Source: a virus. From it: 64,000 nt of DNA. The notes beneath the pieces are model-generated. The model saw only the letters and a list, made by a program, of their open reading frames with translations, ran no database searches and was not told where the DNA came from. Made by a program: the position numbers and the translations under genes. The stretch lies in the IMG/VR virus record IMGVR_UViG_3300038556_000043, positions 19,736-83,735 of that record; one strand, 5' to 3'. This document shows, piece after piece, positions 37,357 to 46,636 of this stretch (position 1 is the first letter of the stretch; each line of letters starts with the position of its first letter).

Positions 37357-38055
37357 TTATAAGTCAGCTGGAGATATAGTATCTGTTGCTGATCTGTCTT
37401 CGGTAATGTTTCCTGTATCCGGAGATTGCGCAGCAGTATCCACGCCAGCACGATAATCTCCAAACACTTCCGAGCCATTATGTGCCGGCATAGCTTTACT
37501 TTCTTCTTTGATTTCTTCTACCGATTCAGAAAGTACCCGTATTGATTCCAAAAACTCGTCTGAATGTTCTCCTGGTGTTCCTGAAATTACCGGAGGATAT
37601 TCGGGCATTTCTTTTGGCGTAACCGCATTGATTCCTTCAATAAATGAGTTACCCAACGCCTCAACAAAGTTAGTAACGGATTTTACATTGGCCGGATCTA
37701 CTACCGGGACGTCAGCTATTTTAGGAATGTCGGCTATGTTTCCCGTTTCTTCATAGCAAGAAAAAGATACTTCCGCTTTCTGCACCTGAAAATGATCGGT
37801 ATTGTTTATGTAGGATCTTCTGATTTTATTGGCCGCCAGAATTCTACCGGTAAATCCAACTACATCAATATGAGAAATTTTGTGCTGATGAATCTCACCG
37901 TCAAAAGATACTATTTTTTCTTTCACACTTGTCTCTCCTTTAAACTCGTATCCCTGATCGGTCAGCGTGTGTTTGAAAATTTCAAGGGCTTGTTCATCGT
38001 TTGCGGCCGCTTTAACTAGCACAATAAGACTTGCATTAAAAATCGCTTTTTTCAT
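37357..38055 (-). CDS. hypothetical acidic protein
   Basis: 232 aa, last gene of antisense island. Confidence 0.7.
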   Translation of the reverse strand: MKKAIFNASLIVLVKAAANDEQALEIFKHTLTDQGYEFKGETSVKEKIVSFDGEIHQHKISHIDVVGFTGRILAANKIRRSYINNTDHFQVQKAEVSFSCYEETGNIADIPKIADVPVVDPANVKSVTNFVEALGNSFIEGINAVTPKEMPEYPPVISGTPGEHSDEFLESIRVLSESVEEIKEESKAMPAHNGSEVFGDYRAGVDTAAQSPDTGNITEDRSATDTISPADL

Positions 38056-38065
38056 TTTGGGTTAA

Positions 38066-40003
38066 TTAAATGGTTAAATCAAAATTTAATTCCAGCATTG
38101 GTAAATCCGCTTTTATCGGCATTCGTATTTGTAATGTACCTGGTTTTTCAGATTCGGCTTTCACCGCTTCTTTCGCCAGTTCCTCTTGCTCTTTTCTTTG
38201 TTGAGCAACACGTTTTCCTTCTTCCTCGAAATCGCTAATCACCTGATTGGCGTCAAGGTCTTTGATTCTTTTTAGCATATCATCATCGGTCGGTTTGGTG
38301 GCAGGGGTTGGTTGTACAACTGGTTCTGGTTCAATTGTGGTAGCTGGTTCTGGGTTGGTTGGGTTACGCTTTTTGGTAAGTGTAAATTCTCCCATTTCCT
38401 CGTTTACCTTTTTCTGCTCTTTGGCGTGTTCTTTTTCTTTCTTGGCTCCTTTCTTGGTTTGCTCGGGTAAGACAAACCCTTTGATCCTGGCAATGTGCTT
38501 ATTGAACAAGATCCAGATATTTTCATCTTTAAATTCAAAATGTATAGTCCCTTTCTGGTACACTTTGATTTTGAAGAATCCCCAATCATAGCTGCCGCCA
38601 TATACCTTTTCCTGTTTGTGCATTACCGGATATTTGCCTTCTTCGTATAGTTGCTGGTATTTTTTTGTAGCAGTTCCGTGTCTGGCTTCTTCGTAGTCTT
38701 TAAAAACCTCAAAACCGGTATTATGCTCAATAATAATTTCGTGTCTAAGAAAGGTGTCAAGATTGATTATTTTCTTGTAATTGGAATTTGTGATGTAGCA
38801 AAGACCTTTTACAAAATCTTCGATCATATCAAAATTCCTGCCCCAAAGCGTACTGATTTTATTTCCATCGTTGTACTTTTCCTTGGGACACATATCGGGA
38901 ACCACGAATTTTTTGCCCAGCAAATACACATCGTTGGTTTTCCATCCTGGCAAACCATACCGGTTTTCGTGATGGTATTTGGTTACATTGTCAAACGATT
39001 CCACCAGCGCAGCATCCATACGGCTCGCATGAGTCAGGATTACAATACGAATCATATTGTAAACATTCTTCATGGTGAACGGGTACTGCTGCTGCTTTTC
39101 AACAAACCTGTTCAGTTCTTCTTTCAGCTTTTGGGTTACATATTCGGTCATATCCAGTTTGTTGAATATGTAGGTCCACGCTTGCTTTTGGAGCTCTCTT
39201 TTGAAATCGTCTTTGTTGAGCGTAATCTGCGTATTGCCTTGCTTGTTATAGCAGGTAAACCCAAACGAACCATTGAAAAAACCTTTTGTCAAGCGATAGA
39301 TCTCCGATCCTGCGCTAGCGACTTCTTCAAACTTTTTGACTGCTGAGACATAGCAGTTTACAGTTTCACGGACAAAATTGTGCTTTACCAATCCCGATTG
39401 CTGAATATCTTCCGGTTCTTCGTCCATGTAAAAACCATCGAATTCAGTGTCTTTTGTTTGGCCCGTTTTTGTCAGCTTGATAAATCCGATATCTACTGCA
39501 GTCTTGCGTTCGGCGTATGAAAAACAATCTGCAAGGTTTGATATTTCGCCGTTGTACTGGTTAATCGTTCTCTTTAGTTCTATTTGCTTTTGGGTGCCTT
39601 CTCCCTTATAGCTTCTATAGTTTACCGTGTTCCAGTTGCACAAGGCAAGAATCCGGCAATTGGCAGGGGCAATATTTATCGCGTGTAGAATGTGATCTTC
39701 GTCAGCCGAAAACGGCGGGTTCATAATGATCATATCTATGTGCGAAACTTCTTCGGCCCGAACTTTTAGAAAGTCACTGCCGATTAGCTTGCACTTTGAT
39801 TGTACTATTTTCCGCAATCGTTCATCAATCTCGCAGCCTAAAACTTCCTGAGCCCCCTGTAATTTGGCGAAGTCTAAAATATTTCCGGTTCCACAAGAAG
39901 GGTCAAAAATGATTTTTCCAACAAGGATTTCGTTTTTGACCATTTTTTCCAGTACATCTACCGGCGTAGGATACAGGTCTTTGTTGTCATTGAATATACT
40001 CAT
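38066..40003 (-). CDS. N6-adenine DNA methyltransferase with DUF4942-like C-terminal domain
   Basis: Motif I FDPSCGTG, motif IV NPPF (gamma order), YPTP; ENR...GWKTN in C-terminal half. Confidence 0.85.
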   Translation of the reverse strand: MSIFNDNKDLYPTPVDVLEKMVKNEILVGKIIFDPSCGTGNILDFAKLQGAQEVLGCEIDERLRKIVQSKCKLIGSDFLKVRAEEVSHIDMIIMNPPFSADEDHILHAINIAPANCRILALCNWNTVNYRSYKGEGTQKQIELKRTINQYNGEISNLADCFSYAERKTAVDIGFIKLTKTGQTKDTEFDGFYMDEEPEDIQQSGLVKHNFVRETVNCYVSAVKKFEEVASAGSEIYRLTKGFFNGSFGFTCYNKQGNTQITLNKDDFKRELQKQAWTYIFNKLDMTEYVTQKLKEELNRFVEKQQQYPFTMKNVYNMIRIVILTHASRMDAALVESFDNVTKYHHENRYGLPGWKTNDVYLLGKKFVVPDMCPKEKYNDGNKISTLWGRNFDMIEDFVKGLCYITNSNYKKIINLDTFLRHEIIIEHNTGFEVFKDYEEARHGTATKKYQQLYEEGKYPVMHKQEKVYGGSYDWGFFKIKVYQKGTIHFEFKDENIWILFNKHIARIKGFVLPEQTKKGAKKEKEHAKEQKKVNEEMGEFTLTKKRNPTNPEPATTIEPEPVVQPTPATKPTDDDMLKRIKDLDANQVISDFEEEGKRVAQQRKEQEELAKEAVKAESEKPGTLQIRMPIKADLPMLELNFDLTI

Positions 40004-40030
40004 GGTTGGGGATTTTTTTTGTAATATTAA

Positions 40031-40318
40031 TTAATTTTCTGATTTAGATAGCATTACAGAAGGCATAGAAATTTCCTGCCCATTGGTTATCACACGTGTC
40101 ATGTTGTTTTCGTCAACCTCGGCAACGATTCCTTCCAGGTTAGTATACACGTTGTTTTCATCCGGAATCTGCATTTCAACAAAATCCAGTACTGCAAAGT
40201 CTTGAGTGGCAAACCGGGGAACATTGGTCAGAACTTGCTCTGTTTTAAAAATGCGTTTTGCAATTACATAACCCATTGTGATTACGGCTACAAAAGCCAG
40301 AGAAGATAGAAAGATCAT
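40031..40318 (-). CDS. small membrane-anchored protein
   Basis: N-terminal TM MIFLSSLAFVAVITMGYVI. Confidence 0.7.
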   Translation of the reverse strand: MIFLSSLAFVAVITMGYVIAKRIFKTEQVLTNVPRFATQDFAVLDFVEMQIPDENNVYTNLEGIVAEVDENNMTRVITNGQEISMPSVMLSKSEN

Positions 40319-40368
40319 AAGTTATTGTTTGAGTTTGGTTTAAAGATTGAAAATCACTAATATAAATA

Positions 40369-40385
40369 AATTATCTTATATTTGC
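40369..40385 (+). promoter_or_regulatory. late promoter for cargo genes
   Basis: AATTATCT-TATATTTGC. Confidence 0.7.
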
Positions 40386-40440
40386 TATTATTACGGCTTT
40401 TGGCTGTCACAAAAACACACAAGCCAGCCAAACCACAAAA

Positions 40441-40456
40441 ACAAAAAAAGCAACAC
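40441..40456 (-). promoter_or_regulatory. early-type motif copy upstream of the MTase island
   Basis: + strand ACAAAAAAAGCAACAC (2 mismatches), ~125 nt upstream of 40318 ATG in minus orientation. Confidence 0.45.
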
Positions 40457-40460
40457 ACAA

Positions 40461-43400
40461 ATGGCGACAAATCCTCCAGCAAAAAAAATCAAACTTGGTG
40501 GGCCATCCAAAAATACTATCACCAGTCAAGACATTAAAGCGGCTGGCCTTTCTTCCAATCTTCCTTATATTCCCGAAGAAGAATTTGCGCATACGGCAAA
40601 CACGTCCGTTCGCAGAAGAAACGTGCTTAACGTAGGGGCTCCCGATCAAGCGGCCGGCGTTGATCTTTTGAAGCAAGCCGAAGATTCCAGGGCTTACATG
40701 ATGAACTGGGTTGCCAATCGGAAAGTACAAGACCCGGAAATCCAAAAAGAGATTGATGCGGTAAAACCGCAACGGCTTCAAAACCTTGCCAATACGCACA
40801 TTGAAGTTTACAAAGCTGCTCCCGGTGATGCAGTAGGCGGCGGCTACAATCTGGGACGAAACAAAGTCACGCTGGATTTGGGCTTTGGTATGACTCCTCA
40901 GGGATCGACCGCAGAAACCCATGAAATTCGTCACGCGGCTGACAAGGCAAAACGAAACGAAGGTTCTCTTTTGACCGAAAGGGAAATTGAACTGATGCGT
41001 AAAAACCGCACATCTTTTGAGAATCTGCCAATGCAAATGCAGATGAACAAAAATTATTACCTGGAGCCTTCTGAGCAAGCCGCTCGGATACAAGCCCTCA
41101 GAAAAGCGTTGAATCTACGACCTGACGAAGTAGTAACTTCTGAACTGTACAACCAGCGCATGAAGGATTACAAATCAAAAAACAAAATCATTTCTCAGGA
41201 TGTAGAGGAAGCCGAAACTTTATTCAAAGGACAGGGTATGATAAACGTTCTTAACAATTTGTCTAGCAACAACCGTGGCCAGCAATTTGCTCCCGTAGCC
41301 AAAGGCGGCATTAAACTGGCCAAAGGTGGTGTGATGGATGCCCAAGGCAATACCATTGACACAAATCAGATTGCTTCTCATATCAATGATTTGCAAGCTT
41401 CCGGCAAGCTTTCCAAACGAGAATCAATCCGTCTGCAAAAAGGTTTGATGAAAATTAACGATGCTTCCAGTCAGGGTGTCCAGTACAAGATTACCGGCGA
41501 GGGAACATTTACCTCAAAGAAAGATGGAAAGGATATCGAAGGCCAAGCTTCGGGATTGAGTCAGAATGGCAATTTCATCCAACGCAATCTGGAAGGCAGA
41601 AAGGTTTCCAAGGTTATGCAGCTGGCCAGCGGATTTGCTGCCAAAAAACCCGAGCAGGTAGAAGCTGCCGAGAACACTGCTACAGCCTCGGTTGCCGCGG
41701 CTGCCGGTGTTCCGTCCGCTGGTATTCCATCGGCTGGTTCGTCTGCGGCAAAAGAACAACCTAGCATGTTTCAAGCTGCTTACCAGAATCCTTCTTTGGA
41801 TTTGGTTGCCAATCCTTTTTCCATGGGCAAACCAGGTTACACAAATCCTATCACTGATCAGAATACATTCATTGCCAATGCCAAGAATGCAGGTGCTTCT
41901 CAGCAAGTGCCGGCTGTGGCCAATCAGAAAAAACCTGCTACAAAAACAACTCCTCAAAATGGAGGGCAAGCAAAACCGGCTCAAAAACCGACAATAAAGC
42001 TAGGTTCTTCCAGTGGCAAACCGGCTCCTGGTGCCACACAAGCCAGACCTGCTGCCAAGCAAAACCAACCTGTGGTATTGGATTTGTATACCGAAAAAGA
42101 TGCAGCCAAAGAAAAAGCTTCTCAGTCAGTAGCTCAACCTGCGAACGTTGGACAATCGTTAAAAAAGACAGTGGCGCCAACTACTCAGGTAACAAAAAAA
42201 CCTGCACCTGCAAATCCTGCACCCGCACAACAAAAGGCACAACCTTCCGGCCCGGGATTGCGTTCGGTAATGAATAACGCGGTAATGAACCAGTCCAAAA
42301 AATACGTTCCTTCCAATCCGTCCGAACAAATCAAAATCAGACAGCAACAGGATCAGCAATTTGCTCAGGACAATAAAGATGTTTTTGAAAAGGCGCGTCA
42401 GGAGTTTGCCAAAAATCCTTCCTTGAAAGAATACAAGGCAAACAGCATTCCTAATCCTTTGTATCTATTTTCTCCTGTTGAATATTCAATAGATCGATCA
42501 GGAAATTACAAGCGTATTGAAAAGAAAAATATCGGAGGTTTGGCTTTGTCAGGTTTGCAAGCGCCTAACACCGGTTTGAATGTAAACCGTATCAGCTTAG
42601 GCAAGCCCGGATACACCAACCCTATCAATAACCAATCTACGTTTATCAACAACGCAAAAGCAGTCGGTGGTTCTTCTTCGCCAGTTGTGGATGGTGTTCA
42701 GAAAATGATCCAACCTAACTTTCAGAATTCGGCCAATCAGGTTACAGACGGTGCAGGAGCAGGATTGCGCCAGGGTACCGGACTTCGTTTGCTTAATGCT
42801 GGTCTGGGACTTGCCGGAGCCATCAGCTTTGCCACTGCCAAACGTCCGAACCTTCCCGGTCCTGGCAAATTCCAATCGCTTATCAATCCGGCTACGGGCA
42901 TGAGTGAAGCCAGCAAACGGTTTGCTCAGACGCAGATTGCAGCCAACACAGCCGCGGCAACCAAACCCATGACTTCGGATGCGCGGTTGAATCAGCAAGC
43001 CAAACTGCAAGCCAACTACAACGCAAACCAAGCTCTGAGCAATATCGCCGTACAGGATGCGGAAATGATGAGACAAGACCAGATGCGGGTAAACCAGCAG
43101 GTAAACCAGGATTCGCTGATGAACTTCCAAAACCAGCAAGCCTACAACCAGCAAAAGTTTGCATTGGACAATGAGGCATTCCAGCAACGCAGGGCGCAAG
43201 GCCAGCAAATGGTTCAGTCTGCTATCAACTACGAAAACCAACGCGCGGCTGATATGGCAAACAAGCGTATTGCGGAAAACACGGCTAACAACCAGGTCAA
43301 CATGTTTGCCGAGCAAGCGATTATGTCTGAAAACGCGAATCGTAGAATTGCCTACAAACCTCAGATGACCCCGGAAGAAGAAGCAGCTTTCCGTCAGCGT

Positions 43401-43478
43401 TTTTCTTCGTACAATACCAATAACTATCAGCGTCCTATGCGTTTTAAGCTAGGGGGCACAATGTCTAAAAAATGCTAA
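40461..43478 (+). CDS. virion cargo protein with zincin-like metallopeptidase domain
   Basis: HEIRH (40920-34) plus YYLEPSEQAAR; long Q/A/P/N-rich disordered and coiled-coil regions; start MATNPP. Confidence 0.75.
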   Translation: MATNPPAKKIKLGGPSKNTITSQDIKAAGLSSNLPYIPEEEFAHTANTSVRRRNVLNVGAPDQAAGVDLLKQAEDSRAYMMNWVANRKVQDPEIQKEIDAVKPQRLQNLANTHIEVYKAAPGDAVGGGYNLGRNKVTLDLGFGMTPQGSTAETHEIRHAADKAKRNEGSLLTEREIELMRKNRTSFENLPMQMQMNKNYYLEPSEQAARIQALRKALNLRPDEVVTSELYNQRMKDYKSKNKIISQDVEEAETLFKGQGMINVLNNLSSNNRGQQFAPVAKGGIKLAKGGVMDAQGNTIDTNQIASHINDLQASGKLSKRESIRLQKGLMKINDASSQGVQYKITGEGTFTSKKDGKDIEGQASGLSQNGNFIQRNLEGRKVSKVMQLASGFAAKKPEQVEAAENTATASVAAAAGVPSAGIPSAGSSAAKEQPSMFQAAYQNPSLDLVANPFSMGKPGYTNPITDQNTFIANAKNAGASQQVPAVANQKKPATKTTPQNGGQAKPAQKPTIKLGSSSGKPAPGATQARPAAKQNQPVVLDLYTEKDAAKEKASQSVAQPANVGQSLKKTVAPTTQVTKKPAPANPAPAQQKAQPSGPGLRSVMNNAVMNQSKKYVPSNPSEQIKIRQQQDQQFAQDNKDVFEKARQEFAKNPSLKEYKANSIPNPLYLFSPVEYSIDRSGNYKRIEKKNIGGLALSGLQAPNTGLNVNRISLGKPGYTNPINNQSTFINNAKAVGGSSSPVVDGVQKMIQPNFQNSANQVTDGAGAGLRQGTGLRLLNAGLGLAGAISFATAKRPNLPGPGKFQSLINPATGMSEASKRFAQTQIAANTAAATKPMTSDARLNQQAKLQANYNANQALSNIAVQDAEMMRQDQMRVNQQVNQDSLMNFQNQQAYNQQKFALDNEAFQQRRAQGQQMVQSAINYENQRAADMANKRIAENTANNQVNMFAEQAIMSENANRRIAYKPQMTPEEEAAFRQRFSSYNTNNYQRPMRFKLGGTMSKKC

Positions 43479-43479
43479 T

Positions 43480-45495
43480 ATGAAACTCAAATTAGGCAAA
43501 GGGCTCATAGAAAAAAAAGATATAGGAGGCACTATAAACCAGTTGGTGCCAGCCGTAGGGTTGCAATACATCGCTACCGCTCCCGATATCGCTGATGTAC
43601 AATCTGTAGCCGCTTTGGAACAAGCCCGCCAAGCGGCTCAGCAAAAAGTGGATGCGGCCAGAGCTGCCGCAATTCCTGATGATAAGTCTGCGCAGGATTT
43701 TTTCAAGTCTGCCGAAGGTCTTTCCGGAGAAGTAAATTCCATTCAGCAAGAATACAATCAGGAACGAAACAACTTTTACCAAAAAGTTTTGGAAGATCCT
43801 GATTACGGTCTTTCTCCGCAAGGCAAACAGCATTTGCGCAAAATCGGAAGCATTGTTTCCATGGAACGAATCAACGCCTTAAGAAACAACAAGGAGACTT
43901 TTGAGCAGGATCGCAAAAAGGTCAATGAGAAAGGGACTGGCGACGATATATTCTACGATAACGGATTTGTGCATATTGAGAATCCGAAGACCGGGGAAAC
44001 GATAAAAGTGGATGCCAGCGACTACAATGCGCAAAGGAACAATCCAAGCAGTCAGTTGTATGGTGCCAGGGCGTTGACCATCAACGAAAATTTCAATCGT
44101 ATCAATAGCCGTGTGGCCAATACCAAAGGCAACCTGCCGGCAATGAGTTCTCAGCTTGCTTACCAGGATGCGGTAAAAGAATTGGAAAAATACTTTGAAG
44201 ATATCGGAGGTACCAGTTCGGAAACGGTAAGGGATTCGTTCGGACACATGGGCGTGACCACTTCGGGCGAAAACATTCCGGGTATTTCCACCATGGCCAG
44301 CAAAACCGGAGGCAACACAAGGCAACTGGCCGCCGCTGTTGCACTGGCTGGTTCCAATCTGTCGGTAGGTGCGCGTAATGCTTTTGCTGCCGAACTGTTG
44401 CGCAGAGGTGTTGATCCTAAGCAGACACAAAAATACATCAATGACCTTGCCAGTGGCGAAGCTGCCAAGCGTGTTGAATCCGAAAGATCCAGCAAGCAAC
44501 AGTTTTCGCCTATGCTTGGGGCCATCGATACTCCCAAAAGCGGAAGCGAAGCGGGAGATTTTCTTGGCTTCACTCCTGCCGTGGAAGTCAATTCGTCTTT
44601 TGCCGGTGATGCTGACAAATCATGGATTAACTTCTGGGATAACAAAAACGTCAATGGCGTTGTGATAGAAAGAAACGATTCGTTTCCGATCAGCCAGGGT
44701 GCAAAAAAATCCGTATCAGTCAACGGCGATATGCTTTACAAAATCGGTGGTGATGACGACAGTCCCAACAATGGCGGCAAGATGGTTCGCTCTTCGGTTC
44801 TAACCAATGTGGTTGAATCTCGTCCAATTGCTACTTTTGTCTTTACCGGGAACGAATTAACCCAGGATGGTAAGCAGAAAAGGGATGCCAACGAATCGGG
44901 AAAGATGCTTCTTACCGGCGACAAGGGAACTATTGGCGTAAAGTCGATGGCCGATCTTCAACGCAAGCCAGGTCCGAATGGTGAAGAATACGTTTACGAT
45001 CCTGACAAAGAAGTGTGGCGCGAAGTTACCCGCAGGGGCTTCCGTGTTTACGAAGGGTTGGACGATGACCAAAAGCCCAAAGGCGAAAAATACTTTGTGC
45101 CGATGACCCTTGGCGAATCCCGGGTAATCATGGGTAAGCAGGATCGTAGCGGCCAGCTTGCAAACATCACCTTTGTTACCAAAAACGGAATGAATCAGCA
45201 AGGCACACAAGCCATGCGCTGGCTTCAGCAAAAAGCGGGCGAGGCAGTAAGGAACAAGGACGCCTTTGCCGCCAATGCCTTGACTCAGCAATACAAGGTA
45301 GTTGAAGGCCTTTACAATACGGCAATGAATCCAAATGTCTCAGCCGAGCAACGAGGCAAAGCCATTGCCAATCTGAACAAAGTGATTTCGGGTATTTACT
45401 ACGATGCGGCCGGAGACAGCTTTATCAAAAATGTGCCGGCAATCAAACCTGCTGCTACACCTCAATCAATTAATACTTTGGAGGCTTATCAGTAA
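43480..45495 (+). CDS. virion cargo/ejection protein
   Basis: 671 aa between cargo gene and RNAP; helical N-terminus. Confidence 0.65.
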   Translation: MKLKLGKGLIEKKDIGGTINQLVPAVGLQYIATAPDIADVQSVAALEQARQAAQQKVDAARAAAIPDDKSAQDFFKSAEGLSGEVNSIQQEYNQERNNFYQKVLEDPDYGLSPQGKQHLRKIGSIVSMERINALRNNKETFEQDRKKVNEKGTGDDIFYDNGFVHIENPKTGETIKVDASDYNAQRNNPSSQLYGARALTINENFNRINSRVANTKGNLPAMSSQLAYQDAVKELEKYFEDIGGTSSETVRDSFGHMGVTTSGENIPGISTMASKTGGNTRQLAAAVALAGSNLSVGARNAFAAELLRRGVDPKQTQKYINDLASGEAAKRVESERSSKQQFSPMLGAIDTPKSGSEAGDFLGFTPAVEVNSSFAGDADKSWINFWDNKNVNGVVIERNDSFPISQGAKKSVSVNGDMLYKIGGDDDSPNNGGKMVRSSVLTNVVESRPIATFVFTGNELTQDGKQKRDANESGKMLLTGDKGTIGVKSMADLQRKPGPNGEEYVYDPDKEVWREVTRRGFRVYEGLDDDQKPKGEKYFVPMTLGESRVIMGKQDRSGQLANITFVTKNGMNQQGTQAMRWLQQKAGEAVRNKDAFAANALTQQYKVVEGLYNTAMNPNVSAEQRGKAIANLNKVISGIYYDAAGDSFIKNVPAIKPAATPQSINTLEAYQ

Positions 45496-45504
45496 AAATA
45501 ATAT

Positions 45505-45927
45505 TTATTTAACTATATTAATTAATACTGTTTGGTCAAATATGAACAATTGCCAAACAGTATTTGTTTTTAATTGTTTCCATTCGTTTATAGTTGCAAG
45601 TTTTTTAAACAAATTTTTATTGTTTAATCTATTTTTTATTCCTTGTATTCGAATTTTATCATTTTTATCAAATGAAAACTTTATCATAAAACAATAATTA
45701 TCTTTAAAAAGATATGTTAAAAATATTTTTTCAATAGGTTCGCTAAAAATAATATATTCTGCTTCTTTGTTTTTCCCTTCTGAATACTGAAGCCCATTGT
45801 ATATATAAAGAATTTCTTCTTTAGTTTTTCCTAAATACTCTCCTAATAAATCATCTTGAGAAAAACAAAAAATACTTTTGTAAGCGGTTAAAAACAATAC
45901 AAAAACAATACAAATTACTTTTTTCAT
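45505..45927 (-). CDS. AT-rich secreted protein
   Basis: Signal peptide MKKVICIVFVLFLTAYKSIFC. Confidence 0.7.
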   Translation of the reverse strand: MKKVICIVFVLFLTAYKSIFCFSQDDLLGEYLGKTKEEILYIYNGLQYSEGKNKEAEYIIFSEPIEKIFLTYLFKDNYCFMIKFSFDKNDKIRIQGIKNRLNNKNLFKKLATINEWKQLKTNTVWQLFIFDQTVLINIVK

Positions 45928-45947
45928 TTAGATGTCAATTTTAATAT

Positions 45948-46382
45948 TTACAACTTTACAATACGTTTTTGTTCTAAAATGGCTTTTTTTAACTCTTTGA
46001 TAAGCTTATCAATATCTGCTTCCGGCTTAAGTTGTAAAAAAATATAGTTTCCTTTTGATATTTGAGGTTTGTTGTTTTGTCCTATTATCACTTCAATGAC
46101 AAGATCATCGTTATTTTCACAATTTTGCTTTGCATTTATACGTAATATTTTTGTTCTTTTTTCGTAATGTTTAGCAACTTTTATTTCTTCTACATTTAAT
46201 TCCCAAGAATTCGCTATTTGAGTTCTTTTTTCTCCAAACCACGTGTCTTCAATTTTTATATATCCATGATCAATATAAAACTTAGTGTTCACGCAATTTT
46301 GAGAAACGGAATACAAAGCGGTTTGGCCATAGCTGTAATTCGCCAGTACAAAAAACAAGGCTAAAAATAGTATCTTTTTCAT
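45948..46382 (-). CDS. AT-rich secreted protein
   Basis: Signal peptide MKKILFLALFFVLANYSYG-Q; start reassigned to 46382. Confidence 0.7.
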   Translation of the reverse strand: MKKILFLALFFVLANYSYGQTALYSVSQNCVNTKFYIDHGYIKIEDTWFGEKRTQIANSWELNVEEIKVAKHYEKRTKILRINAKQNCENNDDLVIEVIIGQNNKPQISKGNYIFLQLKPEADIDKLIKELKKAILEQKRIVKL

Positions 46383-46599
46383 TGTCGTTTTTTTGCTGTA
46401 AAGAAAATCAGTAAAAAGATAAATCTCCTTATTGATATTACAATAGCATAAAAAGCCGGGTAAGATTTGCCTTGCTTTTCTTCTGTTTTTATCGGATTCG
46501 AATTTGAATATTTGTTTGACGGTCAAACCTTGCGGCTCAAATTATCAATACAGTAATTAATTATTAACATATTACAATACTAACCTGTTAATATTTATC

Positions 46600-46616
46600 A
46601 ATTTACTTATATTTGC
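46600..46616 (+). promoter_or_regulatory. late promoter for the vRNAP gene
   Basis: AATTTACT-TATATTTGC; track start (TTG 46613) lies inside it. Confidence 0.7.
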
Positions 46617-46636
46617 TGAAATTAAATTCGGCAAAT

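Noticed and set aside
43480-46382. Polymorphic toxin-immunity pair (cargo C-terminus plus downstream small genes)
   Set aside because: Small genes are convergent and secreted, and no toxin motif is recognisable in the cargo C-terminus.
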